Shown here: positions 22,284-32,989 of the stretch, piece after piece | Layout of the letters: each line of letters begins with the position of its first letter | Position numbering within the stretch: the stretch's first letter is position 1 | Assembly (NCBI GenBank): GCA_050015175.1 | Contig: JBEKBX010000015.1 | Location: forward strand, 76,463-140,462 | Direction: 5' to 3' | Source: Acidimicrobiales bacterium | Lineage (GTDB): Bacteria; Actinomycetota; Acidimicrobiia; Acidimicrobiales; Bog-793 | DNA length: 64,000 nt | Translations under genes and position numbers: made by a program | The notes under the pieces: generated by a model | Told to the model about the DNA's origin: nothing | Database searches by the model: none | Seen by the model: the letters and a program-made list of their open reading frames with translations, nothing else

Positions 22284-23330
22284 TCAGAACTGCCCGAGGA
22301 ACCTCACGTCGTTCTCGATCATCACCCTCAGGTCCGCGATCCCGTGGTGCATGATCGCGATCCGGTCGATCCCGAACCCGAAGGCGAAACCCGTCCACTC
22401 CTCGGGATCCACTCCGGTCGCCTCGAACACAGCGGGATGCACCATCCCACAGCCGCCGAGCTCGATCCAGCCGACACCCGAGCAGGTTCGGCACCCGTCG
22501 CCGCCGCAGATCACGCACGACATCTCGAACTCGGCCGACGGCTCGGTGAACGGGAAGTAGGCGGGACGCAGCCGCGTCCTCGTCGCCTCGCCGAATATGG
22601 CACGGACAAATGTGTCGATCGTCCCCTTCAGGTCCGCGAAGGTGACCCCGCGGTCGACGACGAGCCCCTCGATCTGGTGGAACACGGGTAGATGAGTCGA
22701 GTCCGGGGTGTCCTTGCGGTAGGTGCGACCGGGAACCACGGCGTAGATAGGCAGCACGCCCCGCTCTAGGAGCCGGATCTGAACCGGCGAGGTGTGAGGA
22801 CGCAAGAGCACGCTCCACGGCTCGCCGAAGTCGACGTAGAAAGTATCGAGAGGGCTCCGGGCAGGATGATCCTCAGGGATGTTGAGTGCCTCGAAGTTGC
22901 GCCACCCCGTCTCGACCTCGGGCCCCTCCGCGATCTCATAGCCCATGCCGACAAAGACGTCCTCGAGCGCCTCACGCACCTGGGTCACCAGGTGCAAGTG
23001 GCCTGCGAGGCGCCCCGGGAGAACCTCCGTGAGATCAAGGCGGTCCGCCGCGAGGCGCTCGGTTCGAGCGGCAGCGACGAGCTCGGCTCGGCGGCTATCG
23101 GCCAGTGCTTCGAGCCGGCCGCGCAACTCGTTCAGGAGCCCGCCGAGAACACGGCGCTCCTCGGGTGCCTTGGAACCCAGCTTCTGGTACATCTCCGCGA
23201 AACGCGAGCGTCTCGAGCGGAATGCCACCCGCTCGCGTTCCTCGAGCGACACCAGGTCCGTGGCTCCTTCGAGCGCGGCTGTGGCCTCGGCCTCGAGCTC
23301 GGCGATCTCCTCGGCCGGGTCTGTCGTCAT
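22284..23330 (-). CDS. pheS: Phenylalanine--tRNA ligase alpha subunit
   Basis: 'FPFTEPSAEFEMSC' and 'GWIELGGCGMVHPAVFEATGVDPEEWTGFAFGFGIDRIAIM' class II motifs. Confidence 0.95.
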   Translation of the reverse strand: MTTDPAEEIAELEAEATAALEGATDLVSLEERERVAFRSRRSRFAEMYQKLGSKAPEERRVLGGLLNELRGRLEALADSRRAELVAAARTERLAADRLDLTEVLPGRLAGHLHLVTQVREALEDVFVGMGYEIAEGPEVETGWRNFEALNIPEDHPARSPLDTFYVDFGEPWSVLLRPHTSPVQIRLLERGVLPIYAVVPGRTYRKDTPDSTHLPVFHQIEGLVVDRGVTFADLKGTIDTFVRAIFGEATRTRLRPAYFPFTEPSAEFEMSCVICGGDGCRTCSGVGWIELGGCGMVHPAVFEATGVDPEEWTGFAFGFGIDRIAIMHHGIADLRVMIENDVRFLGQF

Positions 23331-23386
23331 GGCGCCGACCTCGGGCGCCTGGTGCTCGGTAGCGATGGCGACATGCTATGACAGCC

Positions 23387-24208
23387 TCAGACGACGGTCC
23401 GGCGGCGGCGTGCCAAGTCGAAGCAGAGCACCGCTGCTGTCATCGCCACGTTCAACGACTCTGTCCCGTCCGCCATGGGGATCGTCATCGAGCCGTCGAG
23501 AGCGCCTACGATCTCGCCGGGCAAGCCTGCCCCCTCGTTGCCGAGAACGAGCGCGGTCCGACCGTCGAGGTCGGCAGCCTCGTAATTCGTCCCCCCTCTG
23601 GGTACCGTCGCCCAACACCGGTAGCCGTGCGCCGCCAGACCGGCGAGAGCCCCGGCCGGCGCGACGTCTGTGACTAGGGGCACCCGGAACACCGCGCCGG
23701 CGCTCGCGCGCACGACTTTCGGATTGAACGGATCGACGGTCCCCTCACAGCAGATCACGCCGGATACGCCGGTCGCACCCGCGATGCGCAGCACCGCCCC
23801 CAGGTTGCCCGGATCACGCACGTCCACGCACACGAGGACCACAGCCCGTTCGGAGCCCGGGCCGGAACGCGACAACAGCTCGTCGAGCCGGAGGTCTACG
23901 ACCTCGACGACCGCACAGACCGGCTGCGGACTGACGGTGTCCGCCACGCGCTCCATGATCCCGGGCCCGAGCTCGAAGACCGCCAGCCCGGCCCGATCCG
24001 CTCGCTCGACGACCTCCGTCACCGATGCCGACGACCGCCAGCCTGCGGCGACGAAGAGCGACTCGACAGGGGCACTGGCATCGAGCGCCGCTTCGACGAT
24101 TCTCACGCCCTCGGCTACGAAGGCACGCTCGGTGCCACGGACGCTCGAGCGCCGGAGCAGCCTCCGCAGGCGCTGGACCCGCTTGTCACGTGCCCCGAGC
24201 CTGTTCAT
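23387..24208 (-). CDS. TrmH/SpoU-family RNA 2'-O-methyltransferase
   Basis: 'ALVLGNEGAGLPGEIV' and 'IPMADGTESLNVAMTAAVLCFD'. Conserved position between rplT and pheS. Confidence 0.85.
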   Translation of the reverse strand: MNRLGARDKRVQRLRRLLRRSSVRGTERAFVAEGVRIVEAALDASAPVESLFVAAGWRSSASVTEVVERADRAGLAVFELGPGIMERVADTVSPQPVCAVVEVVDLRLDELLSRSGPGSERAVVLVCVDVRDPGNLGAVLRIAGATGVSGVICCEGTVDPFNPKVVRASAGAVFRVPLVTDVAPAGALAGLAAHGYRCWATVPRGGTNYEAADLDGRTALVLGNEGAGLPGEIVGALDGSMTIPMADGTESLNVAMTAAVLCFDLARRRRTVV

Positions 24209-24252
24209 GTTGAGGTCCGCCTAGACGCTGATGCTCGAGTTGACGCGTGCGG

Positions 24253-24660
24253 CTAGGAGACGGCCTCGTCGACGCTCCCGAAGTCGAGGCCGTGCTCAGT
24301 TTCGTCGCCGAGTGCGCCGACGGAGAGCTGTACCAGTGCCGAGAACGCCTGCGGGTCGCGGACCGCGAGGTCCGCGAGCATCTTGCGGTCGACGTCTACC
24401 TCCGCCTTGTGCAGCCCGGATATGAAACGGCTGTAGGTCGTGCCGTTGAGCCGAGCCGCAGCGTTGATCCGTTGGATCCAGAGCTTGCGGAACTCGCCCT
24501 TGCGGGCTCTGCGGTCGCGATACGCGTACTGGAGCGAGTGCATGACTTGCTCGTTCGCCGCCCGGTACGAACGCGACTTGTTGCCATAGAAGCCCTGCGC
24601 GCGTTCGAGAACGGTCCTCCGGCGCTTCTTGCCGTGGACTGCGCGCTTGACCCTGGCCAT
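24253..24660 (-). CDS. rplT: 50S ribosomal protein L20
   Basis: '[39 protein letters not shown]' from ATG 24660. Confidence 0.95.
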   Translation of the reverse strand: MARVKRAVHGKKRRRTVLERAQGFYGNKSRSYRAANEQVMHSLQYAYRDRRARKGEFRKLWIQRINAAARLNGTTYSRFISGLHKAEVDVDRKMLADLAVRDPQAFSALVQLSVGALGDETEHGLDFGSVDEAVS

Positions 24661-24789
24661 TTCGGGGCTCCCTTCATCATCTGTTCGAGTGCGATCTGCG
24701 GTGTTACAAAAAAAGGACCTGGTTGGGATCACCGAGCCGCGGTTGTCGCGGTGACGGCGAGGCGCGACCGGGCAGGGCCTGTGGCGGCC

Positions 24790-24984
24790 TCAGATCCCGA
24801 GCAGCCGGCGAACGCTCTTGCGGTCGGCCGAGGAGAGCTCGACTTCGTGGGCGAGGCGGCGGGTGCGAACCGACGACTTCTTCTCGAGCAGGTGGCCGCG
24901 GTTCTGCTGCCGGCGCCTGATCTTCCCGGTCCCGGTGATCTTGAAACGGGCCACTGCACCCCGGTCCGTCTTCTGCTTCGGCAT
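24790..24984 (-). CDS. rpmI: 50S ribosomal protein L35
   Basis: '[36 protein letters not shown]'. Confidence 0.95.
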   Translation of the reverse strand: MPKQKTDRGAVARFKITGTGKIRRRQQNRGHLLEKKSSVRTRRLAHEVELSSADRKSVRRLLGI

Positions 24985-25139
24985 TTCGGTACCCCTTGTC
25001 CTCTTTACGGTCTTCGTCTCGTACTGCCCTCGGCCCGTAGGCCGTTCCTACCGCACAGCTCCCGGGCTGGCGACCCGCAAGTGCGTCCGCCCAGCCGGTA
25101 CAGCTGGCTCCCGACTCCAACGACGCCCGAGCAGGTCTC

Positions 25140-25865
25140 CTACGGCTGCGTCTCTGCCTGCACGCGCGTCTCCAAGCCCGCCTGTCCGTTGTCCGGCACC
25201 GCCGCGCCTGGTCCTGGCACGGTCATGCCGGGCGCTGATCCGAGGCCTTGCGGTGACCCGGAGCCGACCGGCGCATTGCCGTTCGAGGCCACCCGGTGCC
25301 GTTCCTCAGTCAACTGCTTGGCTTCTGATGACTGCTTCGCCCGCTTGTCCGGAGCGAGCACCATCACCATGTTCCGTCCGTCCAGGCGACCCTCCGTCTC
25401 GATCTTGGCCACTCCGTCGATCTGCTCTGTGATCCGCTCGAGAATGCGCCTGCCCAGGTCAGGGTGGATGACCTCCCGTCCCCGGAACATCACCGTCACT
25501 TTGACCTTGTGGCCCTCGCTCAAGAACTTGAGGACCTGGCGCGTCTTGGTGTCGAAATCGCCTGGGCCGATCTTCGGCCTGTACTTCATCTCCTTGATGC
25601 CGACATTGCTCGTCTTGCGTCGCGACTCTTTGGCCCGTTGCGCCGCATCGAATTTGAACTTCCCATAGTCCATGATCCGGCACACCGGCGGGTTCGCCAG
25701 AGGCGCCACCTCCACCAGGTCGAGATCCTGCTGCTGGGCAATGGCGAGCGCCTGCGCAAGAGGCGTGATCCCGAGCTGGCGACCTTCAGCGTCGACTAGC
25801 CGGACCTCACGAGCACGGATGCGGTCGTTGATCCGTGGCTCATTGGAGCTGGGAACAGTGGTGAT
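25140..25865 (-). CDS. infC: Translation initiation factor IF-3 (non-canonical ATC start proposed)
   Basis: The track ORF (from GTG 25715) lacks the N-domain. In-frame upstream sequence encodes 'INDRIRAREVRLVDAEGRQLGITPLAQALAIAQQQDLDLVEV'. ATC at 25865 lies 9 nt after GAGAGGA. Confidence 0.85.
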   Translation of the reverse strand: MTTVPSSNEPRINDRIRAREVRLVDAEGRQLGITPLAQALAIAQQQDLDLVEVAPLANPPVCRIMDYGKFKFDAAQRAKESRRKTSNVGIKEMKYRPKIGPGDFDTKTRQVLKFLSEGHKVKVTVMFRGREVIHPDLGRRILERITEQIDGVAKIETEGRLDGRNMVMVLAPDKRAKQSSEAKQLTEERHRVASNGNAPVGSGSPQGLGSAPGMTVPGPGAAVPDNGQAGLETRVQAETQP

Positions 25866-26047
25866 TGGGCGTCGTCCTCTCGCTAGGGCCGAGACTGTGC
25901 TCGACCGTACGAAAGGGAAGCCGGCGATGCCGACCGGTCACTCTCAAGACCCGGCGCACACATCGGCGGCGCCGACAGTGGCCGGGTGGGAGTCACGCCA
26001 AGCGCGCAGCCCCGCTTCCCTCAGTTGTCACCACGTACGCTAGCAGC

Positions 26048-26536
26048 ATGAGCACCCTGTGGACACCAGAAGGGGAACATCGCGTGCCGCGGCCGGGCGA
26101 GGCCGGGCCGGCAACAGGAGGATCTCCTGGCTCAGGAGCGCCGGGCACGCCGGGAGGCTCGCAGCAAAAGCCTGCCAAAGACAGTGACGCCCCCGAACCG
26201 GGCACCATGAGCGAGGAGGAGCTGGCTGCCGAGGAGGAGCTTCGCCAAGTGGCGCAGCACCTGGCCGCCGCCCCGGTGGAGGACGTGGTCGCGAATCACT
26301 GCTACGGGCTGTTCGAGCTCGCGGCCCTGCACCTCTCCCAGCAACCGCCGCAGCTCGACAAGGCGAGACTGGCGATCGACGCCCTCGGTCTTCTCGTCGA
26401 CGGCCTCGGCGACCGTCTCGGCCAGCACGCCGGGGCGCTGGCAGAGGGCCTCTCCCAACTCCGCCTCGCGTTCGTCCGGATTGCCGCCGCGGGACCCGTC
26501 CCCGATGGGCAGTCCAATCCGGAACCGGGAGACTGA
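26048..26536 (+). CDS. DUF1844-like protein
   Basis: Disordered N-terminus, then 'NHCYGLFELAALHLSQQPPQLDKARLAIDALGLLVDGLGDRLG'. Divergent from infC, as I recall for this family in actinobacteria. Confidence 0.5.
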   Translation: MSTLWTPEGEHRVPRPGEAGPATGGSPGSGAPGTPGGSQQKPAKDSDAPEPGTMSEEELAAEEELRQVAQHLAAAPVEDVVANHCYGLFELAALHLSQQPPQLDKARLAIDALGLLVDGLGDRLGQHAGALAEGLSQLRLAFVRIAAAGPVPDGQSNPEPGD

Positions 26537-27439
26537 CTAAGCACCGGACAGGCCCAGCAGACCCGCAATCTCCGCCCAACCTCCCTCGCTCGCCGGTGGC
26601 AGCACGCGATCCGCGTTCGCGAGTGCCGCCTCGGTCCCGTCGGCGACTGCAAGAGCGATCGAAGCTCCCTGCAATAGCTCCACGTCGTTGTCCGCGTCCC
26701 CGATTGCGAGCACGCGACCAGCATCGAGCCCACGCGCGGCGCAGTACGCCAGTACTCCCGACCACTTGCTCACCCCGAGAGGCCGAAAGCTCAGATGGAG
26801 GCCTCCGTAGGTCCTGTCCGTAGAGGTCGCGGCCGCCACCGGTGCCCGGGCGGTCACTTGGGCGGCCAGGGCCCGGACCATGGACGGCTCGCCGCCGAGC
26901 AGAGTGAAGGCCAGGACGCTAAGCGTCCGCACGGCGGTCCACGGATCTTCCTCGCGCACAAACGGCCTGATGCGGCGGATGTAGTCGGGATGGGTGAACG
27001 GGTGCTCGCCCAGCACGACGTCCCGGTCGGGATCGTCCACGTGAACGCACGGACTGACATCCAGCTCGTCGAGTATCTCCAGCACCTCGGTGGCAACCGC
27101 CGGGCTGAAAGCGCGGGTGTGGAACGCCGTCGTCGCGCCGAACTCGAAGCCGATCGCGCCGTCGAGGAAAACCCCCGGAAGGGCAACCTCGTTGGCCTCC
27201 ATCACCGCCCAGGCGCTGTGTGCCCCGCGTCCGGTGGCGACCAACACCGGGATCGAGGCGCCGGCAAGGGTCCGAAGTGCCCGATGGGTGCGGGGATGGA
27301 TCAATCCCTTGCCGTCCCAGAGCGTGCCGTCTAGGTCGGTCACGACGAGGTCGATCCGCGGCGGCGCTCCCCGCTCGGCCGTCGCGCACGGCACCGACGA
27401 CGCGCTAGCGCCCGGTGCGGAGCCTGAGCCCGGCCTCAT
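26537..27439 (-). CDS. HAD-superfamily (Cof-type) hydrolase
   Basis: 'DLVVTDLDGTLWD' motif I, 'VLVATGR' and 'LAIGDADNDVELLQ' motif IV. ATG 27439 overlaps the GNAT stop (ATGA). Confidence 0.8.
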   Translation of the reverse strand: MRPGSGSAPGASASSVPCATAERGAPPRIDLVVTDLDGTLWDGKGLIHPRTHRALRTLAGASIPVLVATGRGAHSAWAVMEANEVALPGVFLDGAIGFEFGATTAFHTRAFSPAVATEVLEILDELDVSPCVHVDDPDRDVVLGEHPFTHPDYIRRIRPFVREEDPWTAVRTLSVLAFTLLGGEPSMVRALAAQVTARAPVAAATSTDRTYGGLHLSFRPLGVSKWSGVLAYCAARGLDAGRVLAIGDADNDVELLQGASIALAVADGTEAALANADRVLPPASEGGWAEIAGLLGLSGA

Positions 27440-28284
27440 CGACGCTGGACGCCGTCGTCGAACCGGTAGACGAGCATCTCCGAGACCGCCTCGAAGCCGA
27501 GGCGCCGATAGATCGCGTTCGAGCTCGCATTGCCGAGCTGGGCGTACAGCACCGAGTTGGCGCCCTCCTCGTCGCGGACCCATTCGCACAGAGCCCCGAC
27601 ACAGGCCGCCGCGTACCCGCGCCGACGCCACTCGGGCGGCGTGAAGACAGCTCCGATCCGCGAGATGCCTCCGAGCGGTTCGGTGGCGCGGGCCAGGCAT
27701 CGAGGCCCCCCGTCGTCCCAAAAGAAGTACCGACGTGCCGAGAGTGACAAGTCGACGGCCTTGGACACGTCGCCACCGGGCAAGCCGGTCTCGACCTGGA
27801 AGGCCGAGCACCATTCGATCAGCATGTCCCGCTCCTGCGGCCCTGCTCGTCGCAGCCGTCCCGCCACCGCATCCGGGACGACAAGGCGGCCGAGCGCGTA
27901 CAGGCGCTGCGCGTCCTGCACGACCGCAGCCGTGCTCACACGTTCGGTCCAGCAGCCGGCGAACGCCGACGTTGTGGACGCCTCGCCGGAGACGCCCGAG
28001 AGGCGGTGGCCTTCGCCCGAGATCGCGACAGCCATCGCGTCCGCAAGCTCGCGTCGCATGGGCGAGATCGCCGCGTAGTGCCCGGGCGGGCACTCGATCA
28101 CGAGGCCTGCGACGTCACCGTCGGTCTCCGCCAGCCAGTACCGCCCGGGAGAGCCGGTGCCGGCCCACGTTTCCATGACGCTCCAGATGACGTTGAGCGC
28201 CACGGGGTCAGCAGCCAGAAAGCCGCCTGCCCGCGTGATGACCGCGGCCGCGTCAGTCGTGGTGTCCACATGCAAGCCACCCAT
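27436..28284 (-). CDS. GNAT-family N-acetyltransferase
   Basis: 'VFTPPEWRRRGYAAACVGALCEWV...NASSNAIYRRLGFE' acetyl-CoA-binding motif A. Confidence 0.75.
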   Translation of the reverse strand: MGGLHVDTTTDAAAVITRAGGFLAADPVALNVIWSVMETWAGTGSPGRYWLAETDGDVAGLVIECPPGHYAAISPMRRELADAMAVAISGEGHRLSGVSGEASTTSAFAGCWTERVSTAAVVQDAQRLYALGRLVVPDAVAGRLRRAGPQERDMLIEWCSAFQVETGLPGGDVSKAVDLSLSARRYFFWDDGGPRCLARATEPLGGISRIGAVFTPPEWRRRGYAAACVGALCEWVRDEEGANSVLYAQLGNASSNAIYRRLGFEAVSEMLVYRFDDGVQRR

Positions 28285-28341
28285 CCCTCCTAGCCTGCCA
28301 CGGCGACGGACACCTTCGGCACAACTCCTACGCTCTCAGGA

Positions 28342-28908
28342 ATGGGTCGCACATACGAGGCCATCGATGACCGGCTGGCAAGCTTTCTCCTGTCACAACC
28401 TGTCTTTTTCGTCGCGTCGGCCCCAGTCTCGAGCGACGGGCACGTGAACTGCTCACCGAAGAGCAACCACGGCGAGCTCGCCGTGATCGACCCATATCAC
28501 GTCGCCTACCTCGACCGGACCGGTAGCGGCGTCGAGACGATCGCCCATCTGCGTGAGAACGGGCGGATCGTGCTCATGTTCTGCGCCTTCGACGGACCGC
28601 CGCGGATCGTCCGTATCCATGGCCGCGGCTCTGCGGTCCACCGCGACGACGACGGCTTCGAAGACCTGGCGCGCAGGTTCACGACGGAGCGGACCGAGGG
28701 TGCCCGGGCCATCATCGTCGTGTCCGCTCAGCGCGTCTCCGACTCCTGCGGCTACGGGGTTCCGTTGATGGATTTTCGAGCGCAACGGACCCAGATGACC
28801 GAGTGGGCCGATCGCAAGGGTGACGACGGGGTCAGGCAGTACTGGGAGTCCACGAACTCCGTGAGCCTCGACGGCCTCCCAGCCCTGCGGGACATCACGC
28901 GGGCCTGA
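28342..28908 (+). CDS. Pyridoxamine 5'-phosphate oxidase-family protein
   Basis: 'VFFVASAP...DGHVNCSPK', 'YLDRTGSGVETIAHLRENGRIVLMFCAF'. Confidence 0.7.
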   Translation: MGRTYEAIDDRLASFLLSQPVFFVASAPVSSDGHVNCSPKSNHGELAVIDPYHVAYLDRTGSGVETIAHLRENGRIVLMFCAFDGPPRIVRIHGRGSAVHRDDDGFEDLARRFTTERTEGARAIIVVSAQRVSDSCGYGVPLMDFRAQRTQMTEWADRKGDDGVRQYWESTNSVSLDGLPALRDITRA

Positions 28909-29091
28909 CAGCCGTGCTGTCCCACCGGCGGTTTCCTCGAGGTGCCGGCACGCGGGCCAATTTGAGAAGACGGGCGTCGTTGGCGTCGCTCCTGTCGTGG
29001 CCCCACGCAGGCATGACGGATGACATGCGGACTACTTACTCCGGCGCGAGCGCCTCGAAGGGGCTGGAGCGAACCCCGTTCAGGTCCACGC

Positions 29092-29967
29092 TCAATGGAC
29101 GATCTTGGCGATCGCGAGCTCGACGATGTCTGTCGCGCCCCGTTCCTTGAGCTCGGGGATCAGCACGTTGATCTCGGACTTCGGGACCACCGTCTCGACG
29201 GCGTAGCCGGCCTCGCCGAACAGCTTGGAGACCGTCGGCGCCCTCATCGAGGGCAGCACGGCGATGATGTTGTCGAGATACGCGGGCGCGACGTTCAGTT
29301 TCACCAGGACTTTCCCCCGAGCCTCGAGGGCGCCCTGAAGCAGCACGAGGAGCTGCCCCATCGCGCGCAGCTTCTCCGGGTCGGCGACCGAGACGGGATT
29401 CGCGATCAGCTCGGTGTACGACAACATGAGAGTGTCGATCACCCGCAGTCCGGCCGCCCGAAGTGCCCGCCCTGTCTCGGTGATCTCGACGACGGCGTCG
29501 GCGATGTCCGGGATCTTCGCCTCGGTGGCCCCGAAGGAGAAACGGACGTCCGCTTCGAGCCCACGCCCGGCAAGGAACCGCTTGGTCAGCCCCGGATACT
29601 CGGTCGAGATCCGGCAACCCTGCTCGAGATCCTCCACCTTTCGGATCGGTGAGTCGTCACTCACCGCGAGCACGACCTTGATCGGCTCGGCGGTCGCCTT
29701 CGAATAGCGCAGCTCGCCGAGGCTGACGACATCGGCGCCCGTCTCCTCCACCCAGTCACGGCCGGTCACGCCGAGGTCGAACAGGCCCTCCGCCACATAG
29801 GTCGGTATCTCCTGGGGCCGAAGAATATGGACCTCGTCGATCCGCGGGTCGTCGATCGTGGCCCGGTAGGCCACCTCGGATGCCCTCCGGACCGTGAGGT
29901 CTGCGGCGGCAAAAAGCTCGAAGGTCGCCAGCTCCAACGAGCCTTTGGGGAGGACTAGTCGCAGCAT
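29092..29967 (-). CDS. hisG: ATP phosphoribosyltransferase
   Basis: 'MLRLVLPKGSLE', 'RPQEIPTYVAEGLFDLGVTGRDW' and a C-terminal regulatory domain. The 426-aa track ORF start was rejected. Confidence 0.9.
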   Translation of the reverse strand: MLRLVLPKGSLELATFELFAAADLTVRRASEVAYRATIDDPRIDEVHILRPQEIPTYVAEGLFDLGVTGRDWVEETGADVVSLGELRYSKATAEPIKVVLAVSDDSPIRKVEDLEQGCRISTEYPGLTKRFLAGRGLEADVRFSFGATEAKIPDIADAVVEITETGRALRAAGLRVIDTLMLSYTELIANPVSVADPEKLRAMGQLLVLLQGALEARGKVLVKLNVAPAYLDNIIAVLPSMRAPTVSKLFGEAGYAVETVVPKSEINVLIPELKERGATDIVELAIAKIVH

Positions 29968-29969
29968 CG

Positions 29970-30596
29970 CTAGCTCGCTCTTCCCGACGCGTGGACTCCG
30001 GCATTGCCTGGGCCCGTCACTGAAGTCCCGGCGAGCCGCCGGAGCAGGTTCGCCATCTCGATCGCGGTCGCCGCCGCCTCGGTCCCCTTGTTCCCGAGGG
30101 CTCCGCCGGCTCGCGCGAGAGCCTGGTCCAGGTTCTCGGTCGTGAGAACGCCGAAGGCCACGGGCAGCTTCATGTCGAGCTGGACGCGCTGGATGCCGGC
30201 CGCGCACTCGCCGGCGACGAAGTCGTAGTGCGACGTCTCGCCACGGATCACAGCCCCGAGGCAGATGACGGCGTCGAACCGGCGGGTCCCGGCCATCGTC
30301 ATCGCAGCGAGCGGCAGCTCGAAGGCCCCCGGCACCCAGACAACGGTCCTGTCGGTCTCGGCTACGCCGCAACGGTCAAGCTCGGCCTGCGCTCCAGCGA
30401 GGAGCAGACCGGTCACCTGCCCGTTGAAGCGGCTGCAGGCGACAGCGACGCGAAGCCCGGTACCGTCATCGCAGCCCCGGGTCCCTTCTCCCTCGATGTC
30501 ACCGATCGCCGGAAGGCGATGGGTAGGGATCGGGGCGTCGTGGCTCGCGGACTGCTCGCCGAGCTCCACGCGAGGCGACTCGTCAGCCGACGCCAT
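29970..30596 (-). CDS. ribH: 6,7-dimethyl-8-ribityllumazine synthase (start uncertain; about 45-aa N-terminal extension if 30596)
   Basis: '[14 protein letters not shown]', '[10 protein letters not shown]', '[14 protein letters not shown]'. Confidence 0.9.
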   Translation of the reverse strand: MASADESPRVELGEQSASHDAPIPTHRLPAIGDIEGEGTRGCDDGTGLRVAVACSRFNGQVTGLLLAGAQAELDRCGVAETDRTVVWVPGAFELPLAAMTMAGTRRFDAVICLGAVIRGETSHYDFVAGECAAGIQRVQLDMKLPVAFGVLTTENLDQALARAGGALGNKGTEAAATAIEMANLLRRLAGTSVTGPGNAGVHASGRAS

Positions 30597-31857
30597 CGAG
30601 GTCGCCGCTGTCGCCGATGGCCTCCTGCGCGGTCATCCCCGGCGTCGCGGTCTTCTCGAGGCCATGGAGGAGGTGGCCCAGCCGTTCTCGCTTCGTGCGC
30701 AGATACTCGACGTTCTCCGGGTTCGACCCAGGCTCGAGCGCCACCCGTTCGACGATGTCGAGCCCGTAGCCCTCGAGGCCCCCGTACTTCGCCGGGTTGT
30801 TCGTCATCAGGCGCATCTTGGTCACCCCGAGCTCCACGAGGATCTGGGCTCCGATGCCGTACTCGCGGCTGTCGACGGGGAGCCCTAGCTCGACGTTCGC
30901 GTCGACGGTGTCCCTGCCGTTGTCCTGGAGGTTGTAGGCGCGCAGCTTGTGGGTGAGGCCGATACCACGGCCTTCGTGGCCGCGAAGGTAGACGATCACT
31001 CCCACGCCTTCCTCGCCGATCCTGCGGATCGCCGCTTCGAGCTGTGGCCCGCAGTCGCAGCGGAGCGACCCGAACACGTCCCCGGTCAGGCACTCGCTGT
31101 GCACACGGACGAGCACGCTGTCCTTGCTGTGGACGTCGCCCGCCACGAAAGCGAGGTGTTCTTCGCCGTCGAGCAACGATCTGAAGCCGTAGGCGGTGAA
31201 CTCGCCGTGTTCGGTCGGGATCCGCGCCTGTGCGACCCGCTCCACGAGCCGCTCGCGGTGGTGCCGGTACCGGACGAGATCCGCGATCGAGATGATGGGC
31301 AGGCCGTGGTCGGAGGCGAACCTCTCGAGCTCGGGGCGGCGCGCCATCCGCTGCTTGTCCTTGGTCACGATCTCGCACAGGAGTCCGGCGGGGTAACAGC
31401 CCGCGAAGCGGGCCAAGTCAACCGTCGCCTCGGTATGGCCCGCGCGCTTGAGGACACCGCCGGGTCGGTACCGCAACGGGAGGACGTGTCCTGGCCGGGC
31501 AAGGTCGTCGGGTTTGGTGTCGGGGCTTATGAGCGCCTGGATCGTCGCCGCCCGATCGCCCGCGGAGATGCCGGTCGTGGTCCCGTGCCGGTAGTCGACG
31601 GTCACCGTGAACGCTGTGCGCTGGGACTCGGTGTTGTGGGAGACCATGAGGGGCAGCTCGAGCTCGTCGAGCCGGTCAGGCGTGAGCGGCACGCAGATCA
31701 GGCCCGAGGTGTGCGCGAGGAAGAAGGCCACCTTCTCGGGGGTCGCGAACTCCGCCGCCATGACGAGATCCCCCTCGTTCTCCCGGTCCTCGTCGTCCAT
31801 CACGACGACCATCTCGCCGCGCCCGATGGCCGCTATCGCTTCCTCGATGCTGGCCAT
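30583..31857 (-). CDS. ribBA: Bifunctional DHBP synthase / GTP cyclohydrolase II
   Basis: '[16 protein letters not shown]' and '[21 protein letters not shown]'. ATG 31857 preferred over 31932. Confidence 0.9.
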   Translation of the reverse strand: MASIEEAIAAIGRGEMVVVMDDEDRENEGDLVMAAEFATPEKVAFFLAHTSGLICVPLTPDRLDELELPLMVSHNTESQRTAFTVTVDYRHGTTTGISAGDRAATIQALISPDTKPDDLARPGHVLPLRYRPGGVLKRAGHTEATVDLARFAGCYPAGLLCEIVTKDKQRMARRPELERFASDHGLPIISIADLVRYRHHRERLVERVAQARIPTEHGEFTAYGFRSLLDGEEHLAFVAGDVHSKDSVLVRVHSECLTGDVFGSLRCDCGPQLEAAIRRIGEEGVGVIVYLRGHEGRGIGLTHKLRAYNLQDNGRDTVDANVELGLPVDSREYGIGAQILVELGVTKMRLMTNNPAKYGGLEGYGLDIVERVALEPGSNPENVEYLRTKRERLGHLLHGLEKTATPGMTAQEAIGDSGDLDGVG

Positions 31858-31895
31858 CGCCACCTCGTTCTCGGCCTCCTTCTCCGGTCTTGAGC

Positions 31896-32954
31896 CTACC
31901 GGCCGCGAGCCGGCTGCGAATTCGCAGGCCATCGGGGTACCGATCCCCCTGGCGCCGCTGACTCGCGTGAAGGCCGCACGGGGAAGGGTTCGACATCGAC
32001 GCGGAGGTCATCTCCGAACCGGCACACCGAGACGAGCCGGCCGCGCCAGGCCTCTGCCATCGTCGTGGCACCTGGCCCGGCAAAGACCGGGATCCCGTCG
32101 TCGCCACCGAGAAACGCCGGCGCCAGGTACCACACATAACGGTCCACGAGGCCGTCGCGGTGGAAGGCGTGGGCGACGTGAGCGCCCCCCTCGACGAGGA
32201 GCTGCAGGACGCCTCGCCGGCCGAGATCGTCGAGAACAACGCCGAGGTCACCGCCGAGCTCGAGTGCGGGCTGGACGCGAGCCCGTCCGGGAACATGTCC
32301 CAGCACCACACGAAGCGGCTGACGGGACGGAGCGGGCGCTGCGTCTTCGCGTACGTCGAGCGCAGGATCGTCACAGCGCACGGTCCCCGCCCCTACGAGC
32401 ACCGCGTCGGATTCGGCCCGCAGCCGGTGGACGTCGCGTCGAGCCTCGACGCCGGTTATCCAACGGCTCGAGCCGTCCGGCGCCGCCGTGCGCCCGTCGA
32501 GGGTCGCGGCGAGCTTGAGCACGACGTAGGGGCGGCCGGTCGACCGGTGCACGAGGTACGGGCGGAGCTGGTCGCTCACGTCTCGCGCGAGCACGCCCAC
32601 CGCGACCGAGACGCCCGCCTGTTCGAGTGCCCGGAACCCCGCGCCGGCCACGCGCTCGTCCGGATCGCCGACCCCGGCGACCACCCTGGCGACACCGGCT
32701 CGGATGAGCGCGTCCGTGCACGGCGGCGTCCGACCATGGTGCGCACAGGGCTCGAGAGTCACATAGACGGTTGCACCTCGCGCTCTCCGCTGTGCCAGCG
32801 CCAGCGCGGCATGTTCCGCGTGCGGCCCACCGGGAGGCGCCGTCGCCCCTTCGCCCACGACCCGGCCGTCCCGGTCGACTATGACGCAGCCGACCCATGG
32901 GTTGGGGGACGTCGTCGTGCGCACGCCCTGGGCAAGCTCGATCGCCCGAGCCAT
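31896..32954 (-). CDS. ribD: Riboflavin biosynthesis deaminase/reductase RibD
   Basis: 'HAEHAALA...[14 protein letters not shown]' zinc deaminase motif and '[23 protein letters not shown]' reductase part. ATG 32954. Confidence 0.9.
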   Translation of the reverse strand: MARAIELAQGVRTTTSPNPWVGCVIVDRDGRVVGEGATAPPGGPHAEHAALALAQRRARGATVYVTLEPCAHHGRTPPCTDALIRAGVARVVAGVGDPDERVAGAGFRALEQAGVSVAVGVLARDVSDQLRPYLVHRSTGRPYVVLKLAATLDGRTAAPDGSSRWITGVEARRDVHRLRAESDAVLVGAGTVRCDDPALDVREDAAPAPSRQPLRVVLGHVPGRARVQPALELGGDLGVVLDDLGRRGVLQLLVEGGAHVAHAFHRDGLVDRYVWYLAPAFLGGDDGIPVFAGPGATTMAEAWRGRLVSVCRFGDDLRVDVEPFPVRPSRESAAPGGSVPRWPANSQPARGR

Positions 32955-32989
32955 GTGGCCTTCGTCGGTGCGACCCGACTCATCCTGGC

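Noticed and set aside
26537-28093. 518-aa track ORF treated as one gene
   Set aside because: Only the C-terminal 300 aa carry HAD motifs. The N-terminal part overlaps the GNAT gene in another frame. ATG 27439 overlaps the GNAT stop as ATGA, so these are two genes.
32955-32989. FMN riboswitch upstream of ribD
   Set aside because: Only about 35 nt separate ribD from the upstream mog gene, which is too short for the aptamer.
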